A stretch of 64,000 nt of DNA, from contig NC_086109.1 of NCBI RefSeq assembly GCF_963921235.1, positions 6,078,001-6,142,000 of the forward strand. Direction: 5' to 3'. Made by a program: the position numbers and the translations under genes. The DNA is from Mobula hypostoma (Eukaryota). The notes beneath the pieces were generated by a model. The model had not been told where the DNA came from. It was given only the letters and a program-made list of their open reading frames with translations, and ran no database searches. Shown here piece after piece: positions 26,736-39,215 of this stretch; positions within the stretch are counted from its first letter, which is position 1, and each line of letters begins with the position of its first letter.

Positions 26736-27206
26736 ACTAATAAATAATGAATAATAATAAATAAATAAGCAATAAATATCGAGAACCTGAAATGAAGAGT
26801 CCTTGAAAGAGTCCATTGGTTGTGAGAAGTTACAGCAGAAGTAATGGAAAATTATGTGCTGGATGCAAAGGTTACCGGGGTGGTATGTGAGGACAAGAGG
26901 AACCCTATCCCTGGTGGAGTGGCAGGAGGATGGGGTGATGACAGACGTGTGTAAAATGGAAGAGATGAGGGTGAGGGTAGCATCCTCTCCACATCCACTT
27001 TATCAAGGCCTTTAAACATTTGATAGGTTTCAACACGATCTCGCCCTCATTCCTCTGAATTCCAGTGAGTACAGGCCCAGATCCATCAGACACTCCTCAT
27101 GCAATAATCCTTTCAATTCTGGAATCAGATTGGTAAACCTCTTTTGGACCCTCAAAACTGCTCATAATACTCCAAGTGTCAGTTCATTCAAATATGGCCC
27201 AGATAT

Positions 27207-27221
27207 GGGGGGGGGGGGGGT

Positions 27222-27294
<73 letters not shown>

Positions 27295-27295
27295 T

Positions 27296-27329
<34 letters not shown>

Positions 27330-27448
27330 GAGAGAGTGAGAGAGAGAGATAGAGAGAGAGAGAGTGAGAGAGAGAGAGATAGATAGAGAGAGAGAGAGAC
27401 AGAGAGAGAGAGAGTGAGAGAGAGAGATAGATAGAGAGAGAGAGAGAA

Positions 27449-27503
<55 letters not shown>
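27207..27503. repeat. Poly-G followed by compound (GA)n microsatellite
   Basis: Direct observation. Confidence 0.97.
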
Positions 27504-27664
27504 CACTGAAGTGGGTCAACATTTCACCGACTTTAATGCGAACAGTATTTTAAGGGAAAATAAAACAATAAACGCTCAGCCAAACAGGGCCGTTAACTGA
27601 AACTCTCAAATGGAAAACCAGGTGCCAACACCATGGTTGAAAGGAATATCTAAATACAAAATGA

Positions 27665-27865
27665 ATGCACACAAAATACTGGAGGAACTCAGCAGGCCAG
27701 TCAGCATCTATGGAAAAAAGTACAGTCGACGTGTTGGACCGAGACCCTTTGGAAGGACTGAAAATCGACTGTATTTTTTTTTCCACAGATGCTGCCTGGC
27801 CTGCTGAGTTCCTCCAGCATTTTGTGTGTGTTGCTTGGATTTCCAGCATTTTACAGATTTTCTTT
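27665..27865. mobile_element. Penelope-derived fold-back unit
   Basis: Inverted arms CACACAAAATACTGGAGGAACTCAGCAGGCCAG / CTGGCCTGCTGAGTTCCTCCAGCATTTTGTGTG around a degenerate hammerhead. Confidence 0.82.
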
Positions 27866-29351
27866 TGTTTATAAAACGAATACCGCCAGTCTTCAGCGTC
27901 AGTCGACTCGATAGTCCACTTTCTCAGTCAAGGCCAAATGCAAGCGGGCAGTGTAACGTTGCTGTGCTTTGCTCAAGTCTTGACCAGCGCTGTAACGAAA
28001 CAAAGGGAATTAAATACCGCTGTGGTGAAATAATAATTAGCTGGACTGTGCATATTCACGAGCATATTTGCCATATCTGCTGTGCAGCTGCGTGTGGTGT
28101 GACACCAAGTGAGGCCTCTTCAGTGCCTTATAAAGCCCGAACATTACATCCTTGTTTTTATATTCTCATCCTCTCAAAATGAATGCTGACGTTGCATTTG
28201 CCTTCCTCACCACCCACCCACCCTCCAAATTAACCACTGGGGAATCCTGCATGAGGACTCCCAAGTCCATTTGCACCTCTAATTTTTTTTTTTCCATTCT
28301 CTCCATTTTTTGCAGGCATTCACAGTAGACCGAAGAAATACAATAGGATGAATGGAAAACTACGCACAAAGACTGACAAACAACTACTGTGCAAAAGAGG
28401 ACAAGTGGCGCAAATGCAAAAAAAGAATAATTTAAAAATATTTTAAAATAAATCATATTAAAGAATAATAAAAATATAAGTAAATAAATAATGCCGAGAA
28501 CTTAAGTTGTAGAGTGGTTGAAAGTGAGTCTACAGGGGTTTGTTGAACCAGTTCAGAGATGAAGTGACATTACCCAGTCTTCATCTCCACCAGCACAGTG
28601 GGAGAGTTGTTGACAGGGGAATGTAACGCATTTGATCATGTGGTGAAAGCAATCGGAACCAGACAATGCTCTGTGAACTCGGTCAGGCTGATAAATGGTG
28701 CAATTAACAAGATGAGGCAGTGTGTCCCACAGCGGAACTCCACATAATTCATCCTCTTCCACTAACCCCAGCTGACTCAGCAAGTTCTGCCCTGCCTCTC
28801 TTTATCAGGACAGCTCGGTAAATATACGAGTCCCTGGTGAGAGATCGAGCCTCGCTGTCAATACTTCGTTTAAGAATGAATCAGAGCTGGTAAGAATTTT
28901 GCGGATGTTTTAAACGCAGGATTTATCCGATCATTTACCAAGAATGATCCTCACAGTTGCCAAAAGCCTGCGCTGTGCTAATGGGCTGCCGCTCGGACTC
29001 CCAAGCCAGATTTCCAAGAATTGTCCATTGGTTGACTGGAGATTTGGAATTGAAAACGACTATCAAAGAGGCTGAAAAATCAGATTCAGGTTTACTATCA
29101 CTGGTGTATGTTGTGCAGTGTGTTGTTTTTGTGGCAGTAAATAAAATACAGTACATAAAATATACGATAAATTACAGTTCTATACAGACATACAGAATCA
29201 GAATCACTGGTATATGTCATGGAATTTGATGTTATGCAGCAGTACATAATAACAAAAAACTGTAAATTACAGTAATAATTATGTATATTTTAAAAAGTTG
29301 AATTAAATAAGTCGTGCAAAAAGAGAGATTAAAAAGTAGTGAGGTAGTGTT

Positions 29352-29866
29352 TTTAAACGCAAACAACAGGAATTCTGCAGATGCTGGAAATTCAAGCAAC
29401 ATACATCAAAGTTGCTGGTGAACGCAGCAGGCCAAGCAGCATCTATAGGAAGAGGCGCAGTCGACGTTTCAGGCCGAGACCCTTCGTCAGGACTAACTGA
29501 AGGAAGAGTGAGTAAGGGATTTGAAAGCTGGAGGGGGAGGGGGAGATGCAAAATGATAGGAGAAGACAGGAGGGGGAGGGATGGAGCCGAGAGCTGGACA
29601 GGTGATTGGCAAAAGGGGATACGAGAGGATCATGGGACAGGAGGTCCGGGAAGAAAGACCGGGGGGGGGGGGGAGTGACCCAGAGGATGGGCAAGAGGTA
29701 TATTCAGAGGGACAGAGGGAGAAAAAGGAGAGTGAGAGAAAGAATGTGTGCATAAAAATGAGTAACAGATGGGGTATGCGGCGGGGGGGGGGGCCTTAGC
29801 GGAAGTTAGAGAAGTCGATGTTCATGCCATCAGGTTGGAGGCTACCCAGACGGAATATAAGGTGTT
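29352..29866 (-). mobile_element. Young Penelope-like element 3' end (left arm of inverted pair)
   Basis: Reverse complement of 30670-31129; includes the terminal sequence and a hammerhead. Confidence 0.9.
29459..29494 (-). ncRNA. Minimal type I hammerhead ribozyme (Penelope-type)
   Basis: Minus strand AGTC-CTGACGA-AGG(GTCTCGG)CCT-GAA-ACGT-C-GACT: complete core, stem I AGTC/GACT, palindromic stem III ACGT, GUC cleavage triplet. Confidence 0.82.
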
Positions 29867-30120
29867 CATCTCAAGATGCAGAAAAATTGAAAACACGCTT
29901 TCGTTTACAGCCGATTAGACTACAGTAATGCAACCTTTTCAGGACTGCCCAAGACAGATACAAATCGGACGCAACTTGTTCAAGATGCAAGAATCTTAAC
30001 CCAAAAAGAAAGTCTGAGCACATTTCACTGGTACTGGCATCATTACACTGGCTGCCCATGTCCTTTAGGATTAATTCTAAAAGAATTTTAAGGCTCTGAA
30101 TGATCTCACTCCTCCATATA
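29867..30120 (+). mobile_element. Old L2 LINE ORF2 fragment inside the spacer
   Basis: Frameshifted DAEKL..HAFVYSRLDYSNA..SGLP..QLVQ..EHISLVLASLHWLPMSFRINSK. Confidence 0.72.
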
Positions 30121-30559
30121 CTTTTGAGTGTCTATGCTCTTGCATCCCTAATTGTAATCTTAGATCCACGAACACTGGTTACAATCCTTAATCTGGTATT
30201 GGGTGTTAATGAAGCATTTCACTGTATGCTTCGATGTACGTGTGATAAATTAACAAATCTGAATCACACAATTTGTCCAACCTTTTGAAGAAATTATGCA
30301 ATATATTTTTCTGAAATTGTATTTCTTTTTAAAAGGCTTTCGCCACATCCTTACATATAATTATCTGTTAGGATTATAGAGACACAGTACAGGCTTAATG
30401 GGCCAAATGGTATCCTTCCCTGCTGTAACCATTCTGTGATTTTGTTCCAATGAAGGTAGGTGAGCAGGTGAGATTCTTTCACCAGGGCGATTGAGAATGA
30501 TCATTCAGGAAGACACACACAAACACACAGAGCAGAGATCCTGGAGTACTTCACATTTC

Positions 30560-31129
30560 AAGTGGCCACTGGGAGAACATTTTAATTCCACATCCCATTC
30601 CCATTCTGACATGTCTATCCACGGCCTCCTCTACTGTAAAGATGAAGCCACACTCAGGTTGGAGGAACAACACCTTATATTCCGTCTGGGTAGCCTCCAA
30701 CCTGATGGCATGAACATTGACTTCTCTAACTTCCGCTAGGCCCCACCTCCCCCTCGTACCCCAGCTGTTACTCATTTTTATGCACACATTCTTTCTCTCA
30801 CTCTCCTTTTTCTCCCTCTGTCCCTCTGAATATACCTCTTGCCCATCCTCTGGGTCACCCCCCCCCCGTCTTTCTTCCCGGACCTCCTGTCCCATGATCC
30901 TCTCGTATCCCCTTTTGCCTATCACCTGTCCAGCTCTCGGCTCTATCCCTCCCCCTCCTGTCTTCTCTTATCATTTTGCATCTCCCCCTCCCCCTCCAGC
31001 TTTCAAATCCCTTACTCACTCTTCCTTCAGTTAGTCCTGACGAAGGGTCTCGGCCTGAAACGTTGACTGCGCCTCTTCCTATAGATGCTGCTTGGCCTGC
31101 TGCGTTCACCAGCAACTTTGATGTATGTT
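30560..31129 (+). mobile_element. Young Penelope-like element 3' end (right arm) with GIY-YIG C-terminus
   Basis: HFNSTSHSHSDMSIHGL..RLEEQHLIFRLGSLQPDGMNIDFSNFR*; hammerhead at 31033-31068. Confidence 0.9.
31033..31068 (+). ncRNA. Minimal hammerhead ribozyme (GUU triplet)
   Basis: AGTC-CTGACGA-AGGGTCTCGGCCT-GAAACGTT-GACT. Confidence 0.75.
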
Positions 31130-31145
31130 GTAGTGAGGTAGTGTT

Positions 31146-32070
31146 CATGGGTTCAGTGTCCATTCATAATCTGATGGCAGAGGGGAAGAAGCTGTTCCTG
31201 AATTGTTGAGTGTGTGTCTTCAGGCTCCTGTACCTCCTTCCTGATGGAAGCAAAGAGAAGAGGGCATGGCCTGGGTGGTGGGGGTCCTTAATGATGGATA
31301 CCACCTTTTTGAGACATCACTCCTTGAAGAGTCGGGCATGTGGCCAAGTGGTTAAGGCATTCGTCTAGTGACCTGAAGGTTGCTAGCTCGAGCCTCAGCT
31401 GTGGCAGCGTGTTTGTGTCCTTGAGCAAGGCACTTAATCACACATTGCTCTAGTCTGTGCGAGGAGTGGCGCCCCACACAGACTTCCAATCTGCGCCTTG
31501 TAAGGCACGAAAGTGCCAGACGCAGGCCTCTCATGGTCTGAGTCAACGCTCCCCCTCCCCTCCCTCCTTGAGGATATCCTGGATACTATGGAGGCTAGTG
31601 CCCATGATGAAGCTGACTAAGTTTACAACTCTCTGCAGCTCATTTCAATCCCCTGCAGTAGACACCACCCCCCCATACCAAGTAGTGATGCAGCCAGTGA
31701 GAACGCTCTCCACTGCACATCTGTAGAATTTGTGTGCCTTTGGTGACATCTCCTCAAGCTCCAGATGAAATACAGCCACTGTCATGCCACCTTTGTAACT
31801 GCACTAATATTTTGGGCCCAGGATAGATCCTCAGAGACGTTGACATCCAGGAACTTGAAATTGCTCACCCTTTCCACCGCTGATCCCTCTCTGAGGACTG
31901 GTGTGTGCTCCCTCGTCCTACCCTTCCTGAAGTCCACAGTCAATTCTTTGATCTTACTGACGATGTGCAAGGTTGTTGTTGTGTCACCACTCACTAACTG
32001 ATCTATCTCTCTCCTTTACACCTTCTCATCAACATCTGAAGTTGTGCCAATGACAGTTGTGTCGTCAGGA
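31146..32070 (-). mobile_element. Rex1/Babar-type LINE fragment (continues at ~29195-29351 across the Penelope insertion)
   Basis: VSKIKELTVDFRK..VERVSNFKFL; antisense DPHHPGHALFSLLPSGRRYRSL. Confidence 0.82.
31333..31563 (+). mobile_element. tRNA-derived SINE with CORE-like domain
   Basis: GGGCATGTGGCCAAGTGGTTAAGGC head; CTCCTTGA repeated on both sides. Confidence 0.78.
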
Positions 32071-32084
32071 AACAGTATATAGAT

Positions 32085-32830
32085 GCCTTACGGCTGTCAT
32101 AGCCGGGGGAGGTAGTGAGTGAGCACTGTCCCTCTAAGCTGCACAGTAACTGAAATGCTCACGTGCACATGACTTTTGTTGCCACGCGGTTGGAATTTTA
32201 TTACTAAAATGTTTTGAAGTGCCGCACAGTTTTCAGGCCACGTAAAAATTTCCTGCTCAGAGCAGTGGTCGGTCTGTGCAGCTGTATAAAAAAATTAGAG
32301 GGGTCTTTGGTAATGGGGATAAGCTCCCACTGCCTATTAAATGCTCCCAATGACGTGCACCTCAAATAGCCTCTGACAACCAGTTCGAGCTCCTGGCCTT
32401 CATGTGTGGCTTAACTACTAAGCCTGGTGGGGCTGTTTCTACTGACAGGAGAAGGGGCAAAAGTGGGTTTCTAGCTCAGTAAAACCAGTCGCTTCGGGCA
32501 GAGGGGGCTCATCAGCCGTGGTTGTCAGCTCATCCAGGAGAAGGAAAACTCTGATCTCAAACCTCCACTGCCTTGCGGCTGTACCCACTCATGGGGAAGG
32601 CTTTGGCGTAAACCCTGAGGGAAATCCCGGAGCTTTAGTCCATAAGGCATCCTACATTAAGTTCAACACTGACTGACAACTCCTGAGATGCCACTGGTGC
32701 CAAACTCTATGGGTCTCTACTGTTCCTTTGGATTCATCAGCTGCATGGGTAACAGCTTGCTCTGCATATCATACTGTCCTGGCTTATGTATCAGATAGAC
32801 AGCTAGGTTGCAACATTCATAGCTGACCCC
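32085..32830 (-). mobile_element. Copy of the 5125-5646 repeat, interrupted by a hAT MITE at ~32124-32309
   Basis: Reverse-complement similarity; MITE ends CACTGTCCCTCTAAG / TTAGAGGGGTCTTTG. Confidence 0.75.
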
Positions 32831-32864
32831 AACAAGCATAGATATGTGTGTGTGTATGTGTGTA

Positions 32865-35110
32865 CCAATTGCAAGGAAAAATTTCTGAACGCTTTGCAAT
32901 GACTTGGTTTTCTGCACTAATTACTCATAAAATGTGGACTGATCTCCATCGAAGTCACAATAATAGACAAACACAATCTGCCTAAATTAATAACACATTA
33001 ATAATTGTACTTCTTTAAAGGTTTCAAAGCTACATTTAATGTCAGGGAAATGTATACAATATACATCCTGAAATGCTTTTCCTTCGCAACCATCCATGAA
33101 AACAGAAGGGTGCCCCAAAGAATGAATGACAGTTAAATGTTAGAACCCCAAAGTCACTCCCCCCAGCTCCCCTCCCTCCCGCACATAACTGGAAGCAAAC
33201 ACAATTCTCCCCTCCCCCCCGCCAGCAAAAAACAGCATCAGCACCCATCACCAAGCACTCAGGCATGAGTAAAGCAACAGAAAAGTCACAGACTTGCAAT
33301 TAATCCAAAGACTACATTGTTCACCCGGTATTCAACATACCACAGGCTCTCTTTCCCCCTAATAAGGGAGAAAGGGATGTCTCCATTTCACAGCGAGAGG
33401 GGGGACATAAACATCTCAATGGTTTACGATGTTAAAAGTCCATTGCGTCGCTTTTTTCAAGCTCTGTGCCCAAAGATCTCTGGGCACACAGCCAAAGATG
33501 GTCCAGCTCCCACGACACGCTGGTCTGGGACACCGACCTTCGATCCACCCGTCTCCAGAGTCCAGAGTCCCGAGATCCTAGGTTTCTAAAGCCAAGCCGG
33601 GCCCTTGGCATGCCAAACAACGGCCAGTCGTGAAACCCTGAGAGCAGGTCCCATTCCCACAAAGAACCGTAGTCAGCATGTAACTCCAGGCCAGGCTCTT
33701 CAAAAGAACCCTGAAAGGGAAAATAGAGATAATAGAGATATTAAGGATGGAAATAGAGCTATTTCCAAAGATGCAAGCAAAGAAGTCACTGTTTAGTGTC
33801 AATACTGAGTACACCATTTAAACAATCACAGACTAGGTTCAAAAAGTACGTGAACCTCTGGGTAATGTCTTCTACAAAAGCCATTTGGAGTCAAGTGATT
33901 CAATCATTGAGATGAGATTGGAGGTGTGGGTTCTAGAGGTGCCCTGCCCTATAAAAAAGACACACAAAGTCAGGTTACTGGCAGAGCCTGCTCTTCTCAA
34001 GAAAGATCCGTTTATCGGCACCATTCCTTGAACAAAACAACGTTCAGAAAACCTTAGAAGAAGAATTGTAGAGATGCACGAAGCGGGAATTGCTACAAAA
34101 GTGTTTCTAAAGTCCTGAATCTTCAGTCCACAGTAAGATAAATTGTCTTCAAGTGGAGGAAACTCAGTACTGTTGCTACTCTCCCTGGGAGTGGGTGTCC
34201 TGCAAAGATCACACCAAGAGCACGATGTGCAATGCTGAAGGAGGTGAGAAAGAACACAAGGGTAACAGCAAAGGACCTGCAGAATTCTCTAGAACTTGCT
34301 AAAGTCTCTGTTCATGTATCCACTATAAGAAAAACACTGAACAAGAATGGTGTTCATGGAAGGACACCACGGAGGAAACCAATACTCTACAGAAAAAAAC
34401 ATTGTTGCACATCTCAAGTTTACAAAAGACCACCTGGATGTTCCACAAGACTTCTGGGACAATGTTCTGTGGACAGATGAGACAAAAGTTGAACTTTTTG
34501 GCAGAAATTCACACTGCTATATTGGGGGGGGGGGGAAAGGGCACTGCACACCAACACCAAAACCTCATCCCAACCGTGAAGCACGGTGGAAGGAGCATCA
34601 TGTATTGGGGCTGCTTTGCTGCCTCAGGGTCTGGACAGCTTGCAATCGTTGAGGGAACAATGACATTTTACAGGAGAATGTCAGGGTCCACCACCTGAAG
34701 CTTAATAGAAATAGGATGATGCAACCAGACAATGATCCAAAAGACAAGAGTAAATCAACAACAGAATGGTTTAAAAAGAAGAAAATTCATGGTTTGGAAT
34801 GGGCAAGTCAGAGTCCAGACCGTAGCCTAATTGAGATGCTGTAGCATGACCTAAAGAGGAGGGTTCATACAAAGTATCCCAGAAATATTGATGAACTGAA
34901 ACAGTTTTGTATGGAGGAATGATCCAAAATTCCATCTCACCATTGTGCAAACCTGATCAGCAGCTACAGGAAATGTTTGGTGGAGGTTGTTGCTGCTAAA
35001 GGAGGTTCTACCAGTTATTAAATACAAGGGCTCACATAGTTTTTCTAGCCTGGACTGTGATTGATTAAACAAGGTGCTCAATAAAGACATTAAAAGTACA
35101 ATTGTTTGTG
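32865..35110 (+). mobile_element. Tc1-like transposon related to 16036-17397, disrupted, with a minus-strand retroelement inserted at ~33016-33805
   Basis: MLKEVRKNTRVTAKDL, VLWTDETKVELFG, TVKHGGRSIMYWGCF, WASQSPDRSLIEML. Confidence 0.9.
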
Positions 35111-35354
35111 TGGCTAGGGTTTTGGGGCCTCAGGGTCCTGTAATTCAATTTTAGCTGCAGCTCAGGCCAGTAGCCAAGCTTTCTAAAAGGAAACTGCACT
35201 CGCTATGTTGGTGGTCTGCAGTCCAGAATCTGCTGGTGTTAAGGATCGATTTTTTAAAATCATCATAAATCCAACACTGCCTACTGAAGTCCCCATGGCT
35301 GTGACTGTAGATTTTAGCAGTGGTAGTTCTCATTGGGTGGCTGGGTGGAGATAC

Positions 35355-35766
35355 ATTCTCACTGTCCAATACACCACTGGCGTTTCGGGCAGCAATGAAG
35401 GTCCTCCTTCTCTGGTGGTGTTCAGGGCTTCCTTCGTCGTGTCAGTAGCTTCCTCTCGGTTTTCACTACTGTCAGTCATGCAAGTCCCGGGTGGAGACTC
35501 AGGAATACCGTTGCACTCAGATATAGAAGGATTCTTCATAACAATTTTGTTTGACCGGTCTGGGTTGTTAGCCCTGAGCTGAACCCCAGACCCTGGCAGA
35601 CTGGTGCGCCAACTCTTAGTCTGTCCTCTACCCTCTGACCTGTTTGTTATGGGTGACCCTACCAAGAGCCAAAACATAAATCCTTGACTCCAACCAATAT
35701 AGCTCTCCGGTTCATTGAGGCATGCAAGCTCCAAACCCAATAGCAAGGTTGTGGTCCTCTTGCAGG
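35355..35766 (-). mobile_element. Short RTE-related non-autonomous retroelement nested in another repeat
   Basis: 13-bp duplication TGGGTGGAGATAC (35342-35354, 35767-35779); 3' end shared with 44025-44095. Confidence 0.65.
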
Positions 35767-36727
35767 TGGGTGGAGATACTTTTCTACCAGAGGAAGTGTA
35801 AGGCGTTCCTTCCCTCCGTTAACCTGCAGGTCACTCCTGGGCAAGGTGTAGCACCTGCTTTGCCCCCGATCAGGGTCATGTGAAGCCACGGGAACGGGTG
35901 GTGGATGGTCATATGACCAGCTGGTGCATTTCATAAGTCGTGGTTGTGCACCCACTGATGCCAGGCAGACAATGTCTGAAGAGTATTGATAATGGCTGGG
36001 GTCACCCATCTTGTAAGGACACTGTCCAGAAGCAGAGAATGGCAAACCACTTCAAAGCCTGTGATTGTCCACATCATACGATACAGCACATGGTAATGAT
36101 GGTGATGATGAGCCCTAAATGGGGAAATAATGATTCCCATTAGAGCTGCCAGTCCCCTCCTTTCGGCCGCTGCCCGTCCTGTTGAGTGCTCGTTCCTTCT
36201 CTGCCCCCTCACCCTACTTGGTTCCTTTCCTCTGATCTGACTCAACAAACAGTGTGGTTGAGTTTATTGTCAAGTATGGTGAGGTGCAGGTACAATGAAA
36301 ACTTGCTTGCAGCATTACCGGCACAAATGTACAAACAACAGACAGAACATAGGTCTTACCTGGAGTATTCTGTTCAGTTCCAGTCACCTCCTTATAGGAA
36401 GGATGTGGAAGGTGCAAAGGAGATTTACCAGGGTGCTGCCTGAATTAGAGAGCACATCTTATGAGGAGAGGTTGAGCGAGCCAGGGAGAATGAGAGGTAA
36501 CTTGATAAAGGTTTCTCAGATGATAAGAGAGATTGATTGAGTGGGACAGCTAGAGACTTTATTTCCCCCAGGGCAGCAATTGCTAAAGCAACAGGACATA
36601 ATTTTAAGGTGATTGGAGGAAAGTATAGGGGGTGTCAGAGTTAAGAGTGACGGGTGTGTACAACACCCTGCCAGGAGTGGTGGTGGAGACAGATACATTA
36701 GGGACATTGAAGTGACTCTTATACAGG

Positions 36728-37268
36728 TGTAACCCTCGGGTTCGGCCAACTGCATTAATCTAGGGGGAGACAGCCTCCAGCCTGGCCAAACTTGAGAAAT
36801 CTTGTTTGGGTGGACGCTGCATGATCTGTCCCCTGTTACAAATCTGCACCACAAAATAACAAACAGTACACGATATGCAATTAAATGATTGAGCTTTATA
36901 ATTCTTAATTTGACTATAGGGTTAGTAAAGGAAACTAAAAGAAAAAGGGCCCATTCTCATTAAACAGTCCAATGCGCAATGTTGGAGCTCATTCATGTTT
37001 GTTCATTCTCCATCGATTCCCCCCCCTCCCCCCGGGTGTCGACTCCCGACCCCATTCCAAATCCGCTCAGTCCTGCAGTCTACAACTTCCCCATTCTGGC
37101 ATCTTCTCCCGAATTAAAGCCCGTGAAATCCCTTCTCTCGGGCACATAAGAAAGAAAAACACCACCCGTCATTGGCCAGAAGCCCCCGTTATCTCTAGTC
37201 ATAACCCAAACACTGCAGCTACAGAGAAACCACTACATTAGCGGTGAATCCTTTCCCAGGGCGTTACG
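36728..37268. mobile_element. Probable solo LTR of a second family inserted in a CR1 3' fragment
   Basis: TGTAACCCTCGGG...CCCAGGGCGTTACG termini; CAGG/TAGG flanks; CR1 sequence resumes on both sides. Confidence 0.65.
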
Positions 37269-38104
37269 TAGGCACATGGACAATAGAAAAAGGGAGGGAA
37301 GGGTTAGTATTCTCTTGGGGTAGGTTAAGAGGTCAGCACAACATGAGGGCCAAAGTGCCTGTACTGTGCTCTACTCTTCTATGTTCTTTACATCAATTAT
37401 ACCACCTCAACAGTTTGCTAACGTCCATGTGTGGAGTAATTCACTCAGGCTGCTGAGCAGAGTCTGCCTGAGCCTGCAGTCAACGAACTCAAACGGATCG
37501 CTCAGAATCAGATTGATTGTCGCTGACTTTGGTAGGGTGAAATTTGTCGCTTTGTGTTAAAGCAGCATCATGCAGACATAAAATTACCATCAGGTAAAAA
37601 AATAAACAGTGAAAAGAAAGGAATCACAGACACCAGAGATCTCACAGGTGCTGGAAATCCACAACACTCACAAAATGGAGGGGGGACTCAGTGGGTCAGG
37701 CAGCATCTATGGAGGGAAATGTTCAGATGACATTTTAGGTCAAAACCCTTCTTCAGGACTGAAAAACATTATCGTAGTAGTGTTGAGTATGATGTTCTAC
37801 CAAGGGGTTGTCTGTTGGTTGGTCCTCAGGTGGCTGAGGACCCCGATCAGAGATACACACTCCCAGGATGTCCGGATGGATTCCTGCATTGGAGAACGCC
37901 TGTGTGTGACTTTGTTCAGCATGAGGACGCTGATGCACAGGCAGCCCCAAGCGGTCCCCGACAGATCGGTCACCCCCCACCACCACCCCCCCCATCCAGG
38001 ACGCAATCTCTTCCCGCTCCTACCATCGAACAGGAGTCTTAGGTCCCACACCACCAGATTCTGGAACAGTTGTTACCCGACAGCCATCAGGCTCCTGAAA
38101 GAGA

Positions 38105-39215
38105 GCAACACACCCAAAATGCTGGAGGAACTCAGCAGCTCCGGTGGCGTATGTGGAAAGGAATAAAGAGTCCACATTTCCAGCTGAATCCCTTCATCAG
38201 GATGGGAAAGAAAGGGGAAAGAATCCGAAATAAAAAGGTGGGGGGAGGGGAAGGAGGATAGCTGGAAGGTGATAGGTGAAGACAGGTGGGTACGGGGGGG
38301 GGGAGGAGGAAATAAGAAGCTGGGTGGTGATAGGTAGAAAAGGTAAATGGTCTGGAGAGGAAGGAATCTGATAGGAGGGGAATGCAGACCATAGGAGAAA
38401 GGGGAAGAGAAGGGCACCGGGGCGGTGGGAGTGGCGATAGGCAGGTGAGGAGGAGAGGAGAGGTGACAGAAGAGTCAGAATGAAGAATGGAAGAAGAGGG
38501 AAGGGGAAGGTGGAAAAATTACTGGAAGCTAGAGAAATCAATGCTCATGCCATCAGGTTGGACTCTACCCAGATGGACAATGAGGTGTTCTTCCTTCTAC
38601 CTGATAGTGGCCTCATCGTGGCTGGACAGGAGGCCACGGGCCGACATGACAGAAAGGGTTTGGGGATTCAAAATGAAATGGTTGGCCACTGGGGTGACCT
38701 GCTTTTTACAGATGTAGCGAAAGTGCTCGAGAAAACAGTCCCCTCACCTGTGTCAGGCCTCACCAATATAGAGGAAACCACGTCAGGAGCACCAGATACA
38801 GTAGGCGACCCAAACAGATTCGCAGGTGAAGTGTTGCCTCACCTGAATGGAGCTGAGGGAGGAGGTGAATGAGCAGGTGTCGCAGGCCTCTTGCCAGAAT
38901 AAGTGCCAGGAGAGTGAGATGAATAGCCAAGGGAATCGTGGAGAGAGCAATCCCTGAGGGAAGGGAGATGGGCAGGAGGTAAAGATGCATTTGGTGGTAG
39001 GATCCTGCTGAAAATGGCAGAAACTGCAAAGGATTCTGTGATGGATGTGGAGGTGTGTGGCATGGCAGGTAAGGATAGAGGAACTCTATCCCTTTTAAGG
39101 CAGCGAGAAGATGGTGTGAGGGCAGATGTTTGGGAAATGGGGGAGATGCGGGTGAGGACAGCATCAACAGTGGAGGAAGAGAAACTCCATTCTTTAAAGA
39201 AGGAGGACATTTTTA
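38105..39215 (-). mobile_element. Penelope-like element fragment, degenerate
   Basis: Reverse complement of 12726-13612 type sequence, extending further 5'. Confidence 0.8.

Noticed and set aside
27162..27522. Ser-Leu repeat ORFs
   Set aside because: Translation of a (GA)n microsatellite
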